Positions 25,106-37,961 of a DNA stretch of 64,000 bases are shown in pieces. The notes under the pieces are model-generated. The model did not search any database. It was not told the origin of the DNA and saw only the letters and a list, made by a program, of their open reading frames with translations. The stretch covers positions 1,612,001 to 1,676,000 of the forward strand of contig CM102286.1 in NCBI GenBank assembly GCA_046563655.1, read 5' to 3'. The position numbers and the translations under genes were made by a program. This stretch comes from Yuukianura sp. NJ FZ-2021 (Eukaryota). How positions within the stretch are numbered: the stretch's first letter is position 1; each line of letters opens with the position of its first letter.

Positions 25106-28100
25106 ATGGCAGCATGGTACAAATGTTCCTCTTGCCAAGTACTAATTCAAGGTATTCAGCAGTTCGTGGTTCATAACTTCAAACATCAATTCAAGGACGA
25201 TGACGACAATGACACGACAGTTCAGTCAGCGGGTCAGCTGTTTTATCCAGAACCCGGGTAAGTTAGGATTGTAACTCCAATTGCTATGCCTATCGTTATG
25301 AATACGCTTAATTGTAACTTAACTTCTGTGTTTTTTTTTTACTTTTAGGGTAGGATATCCTTTGAATGAACTACCATCGCAACATACAACCGGCATTTTT
25401 GCACCAAGGATTCAGTTAATGTCTATCGAGGAGAGCTCTGCAAATTTCATGGTTGAAATCAAATCGCCTTCAGTCCTTTTACCATTTGTTGGCCCGGGGG
25501 AACCGGAGTTACGTTTGCCATTGGTTCCGGACTATACAACCTTAGATTCATACGATAAAAACGATCTGGATTGTTCCAAAGCCGAATTACCTCAGACTCA
25601 GATAGCAAAGCGTGTGTTCGTTTGTAACTTTTGTCACCATCAAGTAACTAGCAGCAAGTAAGTGTCAAATCTTTACAATCAACACTGTTGCAGACTTTGA
25701 GTTATAAAACTGAATTGTGTTTTTGAATTGTAAACAGATCGCTGAGTAGTCACATACAGGAATGCTTGAAAGGACCAAACGCTTCAAGACTATATTGTTG
25801 TCCGATCGATTCCTGCGACTATTCCAGAGGATTTTGTTCCACTGATCTGATATGGAGCCATTTTTCAAATTATCATCAGGTCCAAGCCCGATCCACATGT
25901 AATAATTGTCAGCAAGCGTTTCCCACCGTCTCTGCCTTCCGTCACCATCAAACTGACGCCACATGTGTCTCTAGAACCGTTTCTGAAATGAAGGAAGAAA
26001 CAGATGTGATTAAGCGCCAAAGCGGAAAGATCGAAAAAGTGCCGATGGTATACTGCAGTTTCTGCCAACTACGTTTAAAGAAAAGGTGAAACCGGCACAT
26101 TTGAAAGCCGAGAAGGGCTTTTTTTTTTATAAGATTCGGATGTAACTTGTTTCTTTGAATGCTTTTCCGATTCCAGGGTTCTAAGTGGTCATCATCTGAC
26201 ATGCCATAGGAAACTTTTACATGATGGCAGAAGTATACAATTCCGATGCCCCTTCAGTGAGTGCCCGACGATGTTTAATAGTCGCAGTGAAGTTGCTCCA
26301 CATTTTCATTCATCATGCCATTCCCATGTGAATATCGACGTCAGAAATATGCTTATTCTCAAGCTTCAAAGGAAAATGGAACTACTGAATTACATGCAGG
26401 GAGATGTCGCCGGCATTGTCGTGCCTAAAAATAGGCGCAAGACTGCGATTTCATATACCCGTTCAGAACCACTAGAACCTGACCCTAACGGCGGTTATCC
26501 TTTCAAATTATATCACGAAAAAAACGGAAAAGTAAGAAAAATCCTGTACAAGCCATGCCGCACTTGTGGCAGGGTAATAAGTACAAGGTGAGTTCCCTAT
26601 ATTTCTTACTAATAAATGAGGTTTGATAAATAGTATATTTTGAATTTATCCTAGAAATTTAGCAAAGCATCAACGTGAATGTATGGAGAACCGACAAATT
26701 AGCAAAGGAATTGCCAGTGCTGCCCTTAAGTCACGTGACATCCGTTCTTTTTTCAAATCGTAATGGGTTTTAATAATTTGTGAATTTTGATGAAGTCCTT
26801 GAAGTTTGAACCTAACTGAAGTAACTTTTTGTTGCAGAAAAACACAAATTAAAAAACCTGAAAATGGAGAACTCAAATTGGACAATGACTCTGGTTCGTC
26901 ACGAGTTCCGATACAATCTCCGGTTGCTGTGAAAGAGGAAATTGACCCTGGGGTTAACGTAGTCGAAGATTCTAAACAAACCAGCACAAAAGTAGTTTCC
27001 GTAGTGAAGGCCGAGCTTACTTCGACCAAGAGACGGGTTAACCCCGAGAAATACAAACGGCGAGAACAAATGAAGCAGTGTCCATTTTGTTGCGTTCAAA
27101 TACGTCCCTCGTGAGTCTATTTGCTAGAAAAAATTAGCTATCCGTTAATCTTCAACTTCACAATTTAATTTGAGTTCACTTCTTTCAGGAATTTTGTCAG
27201 ACACTGCCGACGTTGTAAACGTATATCAAGGATTTCAAAGAAACAAAACATGACCCGTCCCTGTACTACTGTTGAGAAGCAATTGCCATCAATAAAAGTC
27301 GAATCGTAAGAGGATGCTTTTGTCTCACAGTAAAACCTTTCACTCTGAATTTTAAAAGAGATGCTAAAAAACGCTTTTTTCAGGACCCATGACGAACCTG
27401 AGCAGGAAACGACGAATTTTGAACAAGAAAAAGGGCCAGACGTGTTCGATGAAACTAGTCCGCAAGACGTCAATAGTTCTGGAAAACGAGAGATGAGTGT
27501 TGTCGATCAGGATGATGAAAAGGTTCCAACAGTATCCAGTCATTCTCGGAAGAAAATCGCATCTCTACGCGCCAAAGCGAGAGGCAAAATACAAATCCAG
27601 TTCAAAACGAGATGTAGATACTGTGACATTCAAATCACATCCAAGTAAGTGACTTAAAACAAAGCGACCTCAACTTTATGTCGTAGTCGAATGTCATTTT
27701 ATTACAGTTTTTCCGTCGTATTTGAATTAGGTGCTTGGCAAAACACCTCAGTAGATGCAAAGTAAAGAAGAGAATTGACCAAGAAAGGAACACAGTTATA
27801 CCCGAAAAAGAGCGAGATGTCACCATCATTCACACTCAAACTGTTGATGAACAGCATTCAGAAGCAAAACAATCACAGGACTCACCGTCGTGGCTAGCAA
27901 ATTGGACTTCAGCGGCTGATTGTACGATACTAACAGACTCAAAATTTAGACCAAGGAGCACTTGCCCAATTTGTAAAACTGTCCAAACATCGGGGTAAGG
28001 AAACCATTTTTAGTTTTATAATGGAATCTTTGTTTTATTGATGTATTATTACTGTCTAATGTATTACTGCTATCGTTATTCTTTCGTAAAAACAGGAGCT

Positions 28101-29880
28101 TAACTACACACATGCAGAAATGTGCGCTGAACTCACCGATTGTGACAAGTTCTCCTAAAAATGAGTCGCAACAACCAGAAGAAATATTCCATCCAGTCAC
28201 AGATCGGGAAGACTCGGAACAGAAACAGAGCACGTCCACGTCGTCAAATCTTAAAACAACACAAGTGACTGAAGAAACGAAAACCAAAAAGCCAACAGTT
28301 CCTAACAATAAACAACTGAAAAAATGTCCATCCTGTCGCCGTTTTGTTAGAGCTGAGTATGCCAAAATACTCTTTAGTTTTTTTTGTATTCAAACCGTGC
28401 AATTAATCTATTGATCTCTATTTTTAGCAACATGGATGAACACCATAGAAACCGCTGCGGCAGAGTAAAACCAAAATGCGACGTGCCTTGTCCGAAACCC
28501 GGCTGTAAAACACGCCTGACCTCAAATCCTTTCAGCCTCAACGTACATCTTCGTGTCCACCACAACGCCAACCAAACGTGTGGCATTTGCAATCGGACAT
28601 TTACTGTTAAGGCTTCCTTTAGGAAACACTTCTACGGATCCATTTGTGGACGTTCTCTTATGCCGATTGGTTCCGAACAAAAGAAATCTTCAGCAGGAAG
28701 AAACAGTGTGATCGCCTCTAGAAAAATTTTGGCTACTTCCAAACTGCGAATTGGGAAGGCGAAGACTCAGCCAGAAGTCGATAACGAACCAAGTCAACAG
28801 CTGATTCTGGGACCGTTTGAGCGTATACCCTGTCAGGAGTGTGGCACTGTCATGTTCAGAAAGTAAGTTCGAAACTGGAAAATGACTAAATATTTACAGT
28901 AATCGGTTAAATATTATCAATATTTGTATGATTTTAGGAGCATATTGAAACATCTTCGAGTTTGTAAAGGACGTAAGAATGTAGAACCAGAAGTTGAAAT
29001 AAGTCAAACAAGTCTGATGGTTTGTACTGAGATGGGTTGTGATTCTCTGTTTTTGAGTTCGGAAGAATTGAAGAATCATGTGGAACAGTATCACGTCAAA
29101 AAAGTCAACTACTTATGTAGTAACTGTAAGAAACTATTTGTAGAAACTTTGTCCAACATCTCCCAGCATCGTAAAACCTGTCAATCCATTGGAACCAAAC
29201 CGAATCTTGCATCCAGTTCTACAGAAACTGTTGTACGCCCCGGACAGCTCAAACGTGTCGCCATTAAAATTGTTTCTGACACTTCCACTACGCCAACACT
29301 TTTGCCGAAACCGAAACCGAAACCTCCATCACCGAAAAAAACGAAGTCTATGCCTACTAACCTCAAACCAAATGCATGTAACATGTGTGGTAATTGTTAC
29401 AATACCGCGTCAGGACTACAACAGCACAAGCAACGACACTGTGGGAAGAAGTCTGCCAGTGCTGCCAGTCAATGGAAATGTATATTTTGCATGCAAGGAT
29501 TCGTAACTCCCGCTGATCTCAAAGATCACATTCGGAATAGGTGTCATCTGAGACGCAGTGATGGAAATACTGTTGAAGACGATCCGTTGACGTTGCCTAT
29601 GACGTCAGAAACGTCTAACGGATTTGCCAATGACGCGGGGTCAACAAGTGATATGAAATGTGGATACTGTCATACGTATTTTAGCACTCGGAAGGCACTG
29701 ATGGAACACTTTAGATCTCCCTGTACGTTACCTAGCAACGGAGTGTCACATGGGCAGATCAAAATGGATCCTGATGGAATCGGAGCAGTTCGGATTAAGA
29801 TGGAAGACGACTTGATGGTGGACGGAATTATGGGCGCGGAGGTAGAGCAAGATCCACTGGACGACGAAAGTATTTATTAG
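25106..29880 (+). CDS. multi-zinc-finger protein with mixed C2H2 and C2HC fingers
   Basis: ATG at 25106 (MAAWYKCSSCQ..H...H), about 12 exons, many CxxC...H...C/H motifs, and a long last exon ending at 29880. Confidence 0.85.
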
Positions 29881-30015
29881 TAATAGTAAATTATGAGTTT
29901 AGTAGCTTATGTTAACTTTAGATTAAGTTTGTTATAATATTTAATTAAGTTTAGTTATAATTGTTTAAGCATGGCATGATTAATTGATTTCTTTGCTGTG
30001 TTTTTATTGTTTTTA

Positions 30016-31654
30016 TTATTTACTACCGAGAAGTACTTGCGCACAGGCAACAATGACTGCCACAAGAATTAAATTGACGACTGAGAGTGACGAAGATGAG
30101 TTGATGGAGTGCAGATGATGATGTACCGGAGAATCTTTGTTGTTTTCCGGTATTGAAATTTTGTCATGCGGTGAAATTTTTGGAGAATTTTGGAAATTTT
30201 GAATTTCGTTTTGAATTATGGTAGAGGTCAAGTCACTACCGAGTATTACTTTCAGTTGGTCTGGAGCAATCCATTCCAAAAGGGCGTCAGTCCATTCTGC
30301 TTGATCGTACCTAAAACAAATTCAAAATTTACTTATAAATTGGAAATTTTATTTTGCAATACTACACAATAAATACTAAACAAAAATTATTAAGCGAAAA
30401 AGTGTTGAACAATTTAAGTCTTCCGTACCCGTAAACATGCATAATTTGTGCAGAACGTTCAGCCAATACTGCTTTGAGTATTTTCATAATCACTGCATGA
30501 AATGAAACAAGAACAAGACCAAGTGAAACTTTTTCAATTTTGAAGTTGTTACTTTTCGTTTCAAAATGCTTTAGAAATTTTGAAGTATTTCCAAAGTATT
30601 TAAGTTCAAATCAGACCTTCAAATAGCCTTGGAGCTGTAAGGACATAAATTTTTTATCAAGTCTTGTTTTAGAACTTCAAAAATTGTGAATTAAGTTCAA
30701 AATTACTGTTAATGATGAAAACTGCTGCAGCAAGTTCTGGATAGTTGGCGTCCAGTGCTTCTGCAATCTCTTTAGTAAATTCTACACAATTTGAACAGCC
30801 TTGTTTGCGGAGGCTGACTCCATTCAAGTCCACAATGATGACGATGTCACTAGAGTTCATTGACCTGGCCTGGGCAAGCGCTGACTCCGCAAAGTGCCAA
30901 GCAAAACGACGTACGGATTCAGTTATACCAGTAACCACTATTTTTCGAACGTCAACTTTTCCTACTTTTACCAGGATTGCTGAAAATCCATATTTAGTTT
31001 AGATAATAATAACATATTATATTATAATTTTTTATAAAAGTAATAATTTTCAGGCTATTTTATGATTACTTGGACGAGATGATCTGTCTATGCCATAAGT
31101 AAAGATGTCACCGGGTTGAAAAGTCATTTTTTCGTTTAAGATTCCGTCGATTTTGTTCTGTGCTCGCCATTTCATGCTCTGCCATTTCCAAAATAATGTT
31201 TGTATTATATTTTATTTATTTATTTTGATATAAATAATTGTTATAATTATATTTTAATTTTATATAAATAATTAACAATTATGTTTTAATTTCAATTTCA
31301 TTACGTTTTGAATCATGTCTGCCGCCTTTTCAACATCCAGATTCGCAGTTGTGAGGAATGGCCGTAGGTATGAATCTTCTTTCATGTAACTATGCGTCAA
31401 AATGTTGACAACGAGTGGTCGCAGCTAAAAATTTTGAAAAAAAAATCAAACCGGTTTGCACAATTGACAATTTTGAGCAAAATTGGGAAAAAATCAATTT
31501 GACTTTAAGAATTTGTTGAGGCTTGTCACGAAGTGTTCAAAGTTTGTACCTTCTGCAACGCAAGTTGCTCTTCCTCGGTCGTGCATTCTGCAGTCAGATA
31601 CAAATGTAACTGAATTACAACGATTACTAAAATTAGCAACTTCATTCTCAACAT
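30016..31654 (-). CDS. CRAL-TRIO/SEC14-like protein A, with signal peptide and hydrophobic C-tail
   Basis: MLRMKLLILVIVVIQLHLYLTAEC; EDSYLRPFL..NLDVEKAADMI..MKWR..NKID; GIDRSSRP; IIVDLNGVS; DANYPE...VFIIN-APRLFE; LLEWIAPDQL. Confidence 0.88.
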
Positions 31655-32226
31655 ATAATTATTTGATACTTTAGTTGAGGTTAGGGTAACTGACTAAGAA
31701 TTTGGAAATTCTTAGGTAACAATTAAGAATTCGACTCCAGTTTACTCCATCGAGGTATAAAAAGCCAATGAAAACATATTCTTTGTTTCAGATAAAGAAA
31801 AGCATAAGTCTATATTCAGCTTCACCCTGAATTTATTGAGTTTGATTTGCATTTAAAAATAATTTAAGTATAGAAATTGCATAACCTGCTAAGTTCCGTG
31901 AATCAAAAACGTAAAAAAAAACAAGTTAAACTTGAAATAACTAATGACGTAACATTCTGGACGAGTCGAGTTGAAAATTCAACGCAACCAGAATTGTAAT
32001 TTTCTAACACTCCAACAGGTTTTGTCAAATGTAAAATAAAAATCTTTTAATTGTTCTAGGAGTAGAAGGCTTTATGCATTCCTGCTAACTAGAAAAGAAA
32101 ATTTTGAAATGAGACAAGTTTTGAAGTCAAATTTTTTTTACCCCCAACCAAACAACTTCTTAACTTCTAATCGTAGTAATAACGTCTAATGTTATTTAGT
32201 TTTTGTGTTACTAAATAACGCAGTCA

Positions 32227-34012
32227 CTAGATTGTTTGTGCAAACGCAATAATAATTGAAACTAAAGTGACTGAAAGTGCAGAAGATTTGCTGACTGAAT
32301 TAGGCTGCTGTTGATGCTTGTCCGGCACAAAATCTTTGTCTGCATCATCGGTTGAAAACTTGTCATGCGGTGAAATTTTTTGAGCATTTTCAAAATTTTC
32401 AACTTCATTTTGAATTGCAGCCGAGTTGAAATCTGTACCCAACAACAGTTTCAATTGATCTGGAGCTATCCATTTCAAAAGCGCTTGAGTCCATTCTGCC
32501 TGGTCATATCTAAGACAACTCAAAAACTTTTCGAATTTCAAAAAAAAATTGAAAAAAAAGTTGTCAATACGTACCCGTAGACGTGAATTTTTGCCGCTGA
32601 ACGACTAGCCAATACCGTTTTGACTACTTTCAAAAGAACTTGACAAAAAAAAACACAAAAATTTGAAAATTAAAATTTCAAAAATTTAGAAAAATCTTGA
32701 AACATATTACGGTACTACTACGATTGTAGTACATAAGCTTACCCTCGAAAACTCTTGGAACTATAAAATCAAAAAAAAAGTTCATTTTTTCAAAGTTTAA
32801 ATTAAATTTAGAATTCAAAATTTACTATTTATGATGAAGATGGCAGCGCCTAGTTCTGGATAGTTGGCATCAAAGGTTTCTCCAATTTCCTGTTCAAATT
32901 TGACACAGTTTGTGCAGCCTTGTTTGCGGACGCTGACTCCGTTTAAGTCTATGATGCCGATGACCTGACTACAGTTCATTGACCTCATTTGACTTAGCAT
33001 CGTCTCCACTGACTTCCAGATATAACGACGCACAATGTCCACTGTCCCAGTAAGAACAAGTCTTCTAATGTCGACTCTCCCCATTCTGCCATAAATGACT
33101 GAAAATCCATTCAAATCTTTTATATTACTTAAGAAAAAGGTTTAAAACTAAAACAATTTCAATTAAAATGTTTTCTATCAAATTTTTTTATTTCAACGTA
33201 TGGGTTCTGTACTAGAACTCTCAAAATTGTAACTTCCTCAGTCATGAAAAACTAAAATTTTCTGAAATATTTTTTGAAACATCACACTTTCTAACTTTCT
33301 AACGTATTACTTTTGGAAAAAGTTATGGTTAAAAAAAATTATGACGATTGAAATGGCGTTGGGCGAAGCCCCAGTAATGTCGCGTAGCATTCTCGTTAGT
33401 AGAGGTTTATATAAAAGTAATTTGATAATTTATTATAAACGTCTATCAAATTCTTTCGACTTTTTTGGCTTACCTGGGCGTGATGATCTGTCTACTGCCA
33501 CACTAAACGCGTTTCCAATTTCAAAGTTAATTTCTTCGTCTATGATTCCGTCAATTTTATTTTCTGTACGCCATTTCATACTCTATGAATTTAAAACTTA
33601 TGTTCATTTACGAATTTTTATCAATTTTCTAACTTAAGTTCTACAATCATTTATAATTGCGTTACATTACGAATCATGTCCGCTGCTTTTTCAATGTCCC
33701 AGTCGACTGCACGCAGAAACGGCAAAAGATATGAATCTTCTTTCATGTAACTCTGCGTCAAAATGTTGACAACAAGTGGGCGGAGCTACAAAAAATATAA
33801 CAGTATGTAAAGCTGCTACATTGATGAGCTACAATGAAAATTTCCAAATCATGAATATTTGAAACAGAATTTCAAAAGGTGCAGAATTAAAGACAAAAAC
33901 GTTAGATGGATTTTACCTGTTCTACTAGTGCAAATTCCTCGTTTTCATTTGCAGATTTAACACAATCCAGCATCAACTGGATTATAAAGATGTATTTGAT
34001 GAGCAACTTCAT
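32227..34012 (-). CDS. CRAL-TRIO/SEC14-like protein B
   Basis: Paralog of A with the same exon structure. Starts MKLLIKYIFIIQLMLDCVKS and ends SALSVTLVSIIIAFAQTI*. Confidence 0.88.
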
Positions 34013-34407
34013 CTTTAACCGATGTTTGGTAAGCTTGTGTCAGGTTTTTCTACGATGTGTTCGCAGTTATGTTAAACCCTACATAAATAGAACACTAATT
34101 AAAAATTTCCTCCCACAAATAAAATTTTGACTTTGGATTTATTTGTATCAAAACTCACGCGAATTATGATGACGCCATAGACAAAATTCCCAAGCTCCAC
34201 AAAAAGTAAGAATGTCGTCGAATCCGCTTTTCGCTTCTCATACAGATTCTCAGCATTAGTTCCTGTTTCACTCTCTAAACATTCCGGTCGTCCGTTCGAA
34301 AGCGTCTTTTGGGCATTTCGCTCCAACTGCTTTCAGTCGACCAGAACTTATTTTAACATTACATGAGGCGCGGTAGGTTTGAAAATTCGGGAGGCGTGGC
34401 CAGATAT

Positions 34408-34482
34408 CAGGGTTTGAAATAGATGGCATTTTTCATAAAAATTCGATATTATACCAAAAAGTATTATACGTATAATACCCTG
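34408..34482. mobile_element. 75-bp hAT-like remnant
   Basis: CAGGGT...ACCCTG ends flanked by the perfect 8-bp direct repeat CCAGATAT (34400-07, 34483-90). Confidence 0.65.
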
Positions 34483-34583
34483 CCAGATATCGCACATGAC
34501 GAATACTGTGTAAAAGTCACTCCTGTGTGACAGGTCGTTTCAGTTTTTCAAACGCTTGAACGCTTCAGACAAAAACTCTGAAG

Positions 34584-35437
34584 TAGGGGTCGGAATCCGG
34601 ATTTTGGCTCCGGATTCAAATCCGGATTTTTGACGGATTCGGATTATCCGAAATCCGGATTTTTAAATACTGAAATCCGGATTTCTACGGATTTCAAGAG
34701 CTATTCGAGGGCATGTGCGGTATCAAAAAAAAATAGCCAACCTCAGATTTACTCAATTTCAGGGTTCGTAAAATACCGTATTTTGTATTGTTGTGCCAAT
34801 GTTGTGCTAATGTTGTGCTAATGTTGTGCCAATGTTGTGCTAATGTTGTGCTAATGTTGAGCTAATGTTGTGCTAATGTTGTGCCAATGTTGTGCTAATG
34901 TTGTGCCAATGTTGTGCTAATGTTGTGCTAATGTTGTGCCAATGTTGTGCCAATGTTGTGCCAATGTTGTGCTAATGTTGTGCTAATGTTGTGCTAATGT
35001 TGTGCCAATGTTGTGCCAATGTTGTGCCAATGTTGTGCCAATGTTGTGATAATGTTGTGCCAATGTTGTGCCAATGTTGTGATAATGTTGTGCCAATGTT
35101 GTGATAATGTTGTGCCAATGTTGTGCCAATGTTGTGCTAATGTTGTGCCAATGTTGTTCTAATGTTGTGCCAATGTTGTGCTAATGTTGTGCCAATGCTT
35201 CATTTTTTTTTCAACACTAGTAATTTGATTCAAAAAATAAACACGCCGAATTTATCATCAAGGTTTTAGCTACGAGTGTTTCCAACCTGCATTTCTAACA
35301 GCTTAAACCAATTTTGAATTTCTTATGGGAGTTAACACAGAAATTGAAATCCGGATTTAAATCCGGATTTCAGGATTGAAATCCGTCAAAATCCGAAGTC
35401 CGGATTTTAAGAAACCCGCTCCGGATTCCGACCCCTC
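34584..35437. mobile_element. non-autonomous hAT-like element carrying a minisatellite
   Basis: TIRs AGGGGTCGGAATCCGGA / TCCGGATTCCGACCCCT, 8-bp TSD CTCTGAAG (34576-83, 35438-45), and clustered subterminal ATCCGGAT motifs. Confidence 0.85.
34789..35195. repeat. 11-bp minisatellite TGTTGTGC[C/T]AA x ~37
   Basis: Directly visible tandem array with no spacers. Confidence 0.97.
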
Positions 35438-35765
35438 CTCTGAAGTGACCGTAACTGGGAGAACTGATTGCTAGCTTCACACAATGTTCCCACGAAACCT
35501 TACAACACCCTAGCCACCATAAATCAGCAAATTCCAGCAATAAACTCAACTCACGATCAGAAGAATCCCAGCCATTTTGCACACAATGGACTTAATACAG
35601 AATTAAATTAAATTAGCAGCAATACTGAACTACAACAGCACATCACGATCCAGTGAACGAGGAAAACATTTATTAGTAATTGTTATAGTGTTTGTTATAA
35701 TATTTATATAAGTTTATTTATAATTATTTAAGCTTGGCTTGACAAATTTCTTTGCTATGTTTTTA

Positions 35766-37330
35766 TTATTTACTACCAAGAAATACTTGCGCACAGGCAA
35801 CAATGACTGCCACAAGAATTAAATTGACGACTGAAAGTGACGAAGAAGAGTTGATGAAATGTGGATGATGATGTACCGGAGAATCTTTGTTGTTTTCCGG
35901 AATTGAAATTTTGTCATGCGGTGAAATTTTTGGAGAATTTCGGAAATTTTGAATTTGGTTTTGAATTGTGGCAGACTTAAAGTCAGTACCGAACAGTATG
36001 TTTAGTTGGTCTGGAGCAATCCATTCCAACAGGGCGTCAATCCACTCTGCTTGGTCATAGCTAAAACAAATTCAACATTTACATACAAATTTGAAATTTT
36101 ATTTTTCAATACTAAACATTGTTATTATCTAAAAAAGTGTTGAACAATTTAGTCTTCCGTACCCGAAAACATGCGTAATTTGTGCAGAACGTTCAGCCAA
36201 TATTGCTTTGATTATTTTTAGAATAACTGTAAGAAAACCGAAGAAACCAAACTTTTTCAATTTTGATTTCAAAATAGTTTGAAAATTTTCAATTCAAATG
36301 CCTTAGTTCAAACCACGACAACTTACCTTCAAATAGTCTTGGAGCTGTAAGGACATAACTTTTTTATCAAGTCTTGTTTGAAATTTAGAACTTCAAAAAT
36401 TGTGAATTAAGTTCAAAATTACTGTTAATGATGAAAACTGCAGCAGCAAGTTCTGGATAGTTGGCGTCCAACGTTTCTGCAAGCTCTTTAGTAAATTCTA
36501 CACAAGTAGAGCAACCTTGTTTGCGGAGGTTGACTCCATTCATATCCAAAATGACCATGACATCACTACGGTTCGTTGATCTGGCTTGAACAAGCTGTGA
36601 CTCCGCCATGTGCCAAGTGAAACGACGTACGGATTCAGTTCTACCGCTAAGCACTATTTTTCGAACATCAAATTGTCCTATTCTTACGAGGGTTGCTGTA
36701 CATCCACATTTAGTTTAAATAATAATAATAATATATTATATCATAATTCTTTATACAACTAATAGTTTTTATAAAAATTTAAACAGGCTGTTTTAAGGTT
36801 ACTTGGACGAGAAGATCTGTCTATGCCATAGGTGAAGGTGTCACCAGGATGGAAAGTCATTTTTTCCTCTAAGATTCCGTCGATTTTGTTCTGTGCTCGC
36901 CATTTCATGGTCTGCCAAATAATGTTCGTTTTATATTTTAATTTTATATAAATAATGCATAATTATGTTTTAATTTCAATTTCTTTACGTTTTGAATCAT
37001 GTCTGCCGCCTTTTCAACATCCAAATTCGCAGTTCTTAGAAATGGCCTCAGGTAGGAATCTTCTTTCATGTAACTATGCGTCAAAATGTTGACAACTAGC
37101 GGACGGAGCTAAAAGTGTCAAAAAATTAATTGCGTTGGCAGATTTCGAGCAGAACTTTTAAAAAGAAATGATTGACTTTAAAAATTTACTGAGACTTTCT
37201 TAAGTCTGTTCGACGTTTTTACCTTCTGCAATGCAAGTTGCTCTTTGTCGGTTGTACCTTCTGCTGTTCTATACAACTGTAACTGAATTACGACTCCTAA
37301 TACTAAAATGAAGTCAATGAGCAACTTCAT
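35766..37330 (-). CDS. CRAL-TRIO/SEC14-like protein C (closest to A)
   Basis: Starts MKLLIDFILVLGVVIQLQLYRTAEG. Same motifs, and the C-tail is nearly identical to A. Confidence 0.88.
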
Positions 37331-37961
37331 TTTTATGTTCTAACTGTTTAATGCTTTACTTTTGCTTATGTTAGGTTAGGCTAACTGATTATAAGAATTT
37401 TAAACTTCTTCGGAAGAAAGTAAGATTTCGACTTAACTTTATCCTTGTGATTTCAATTCGTTATAAAACGGCATGGAAAAATGAAAAGCGCAACTCGTTT
37501 TATTTTTCACAAAGAAAACAGAATTCTTTAATCAAATTCACATCTACTTTGAGTTTAATTGGCATTAAAAAACTACCGAAATTGAACTCGCCTGCTGAGT
37601 TTGGAAAAACATAGCAAGTAAAAGAATATATTTACTTGTGCATATATAGATTATATCTATTAGATTTATCTATAGATTATAATATATAGTAGAATTGAAA
37701 ATTAATTAATTTTCTCACACTCCAGAATGCCTTGTCAAATGTGAAATAAAAACATTTCAATTGTTTTATGAGTCGAAGGCTTTTTTGTAGTGCGAAAACA
37801 ATAAGCGTGAATTCAGCAAGTTGGCAACAGTGGAGCTGAACCTTAAGTTTTTAAATTTTGGACAGGAAGCAAATGAAACTTTTTTTTACCTCAATCAGAA
37901 CTCCGTAAATTCTAGTAACTTCGAAAAAAAATTGTAATAGTTATGAAGTAACTATCTACAT

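Noticed and set aside
34789..35195. Regular repeat array as a possible CRISPR
   Set aside because: 11-bp head-to-tail units with no spacers or cas genes, inside a eukaryotic MITE.
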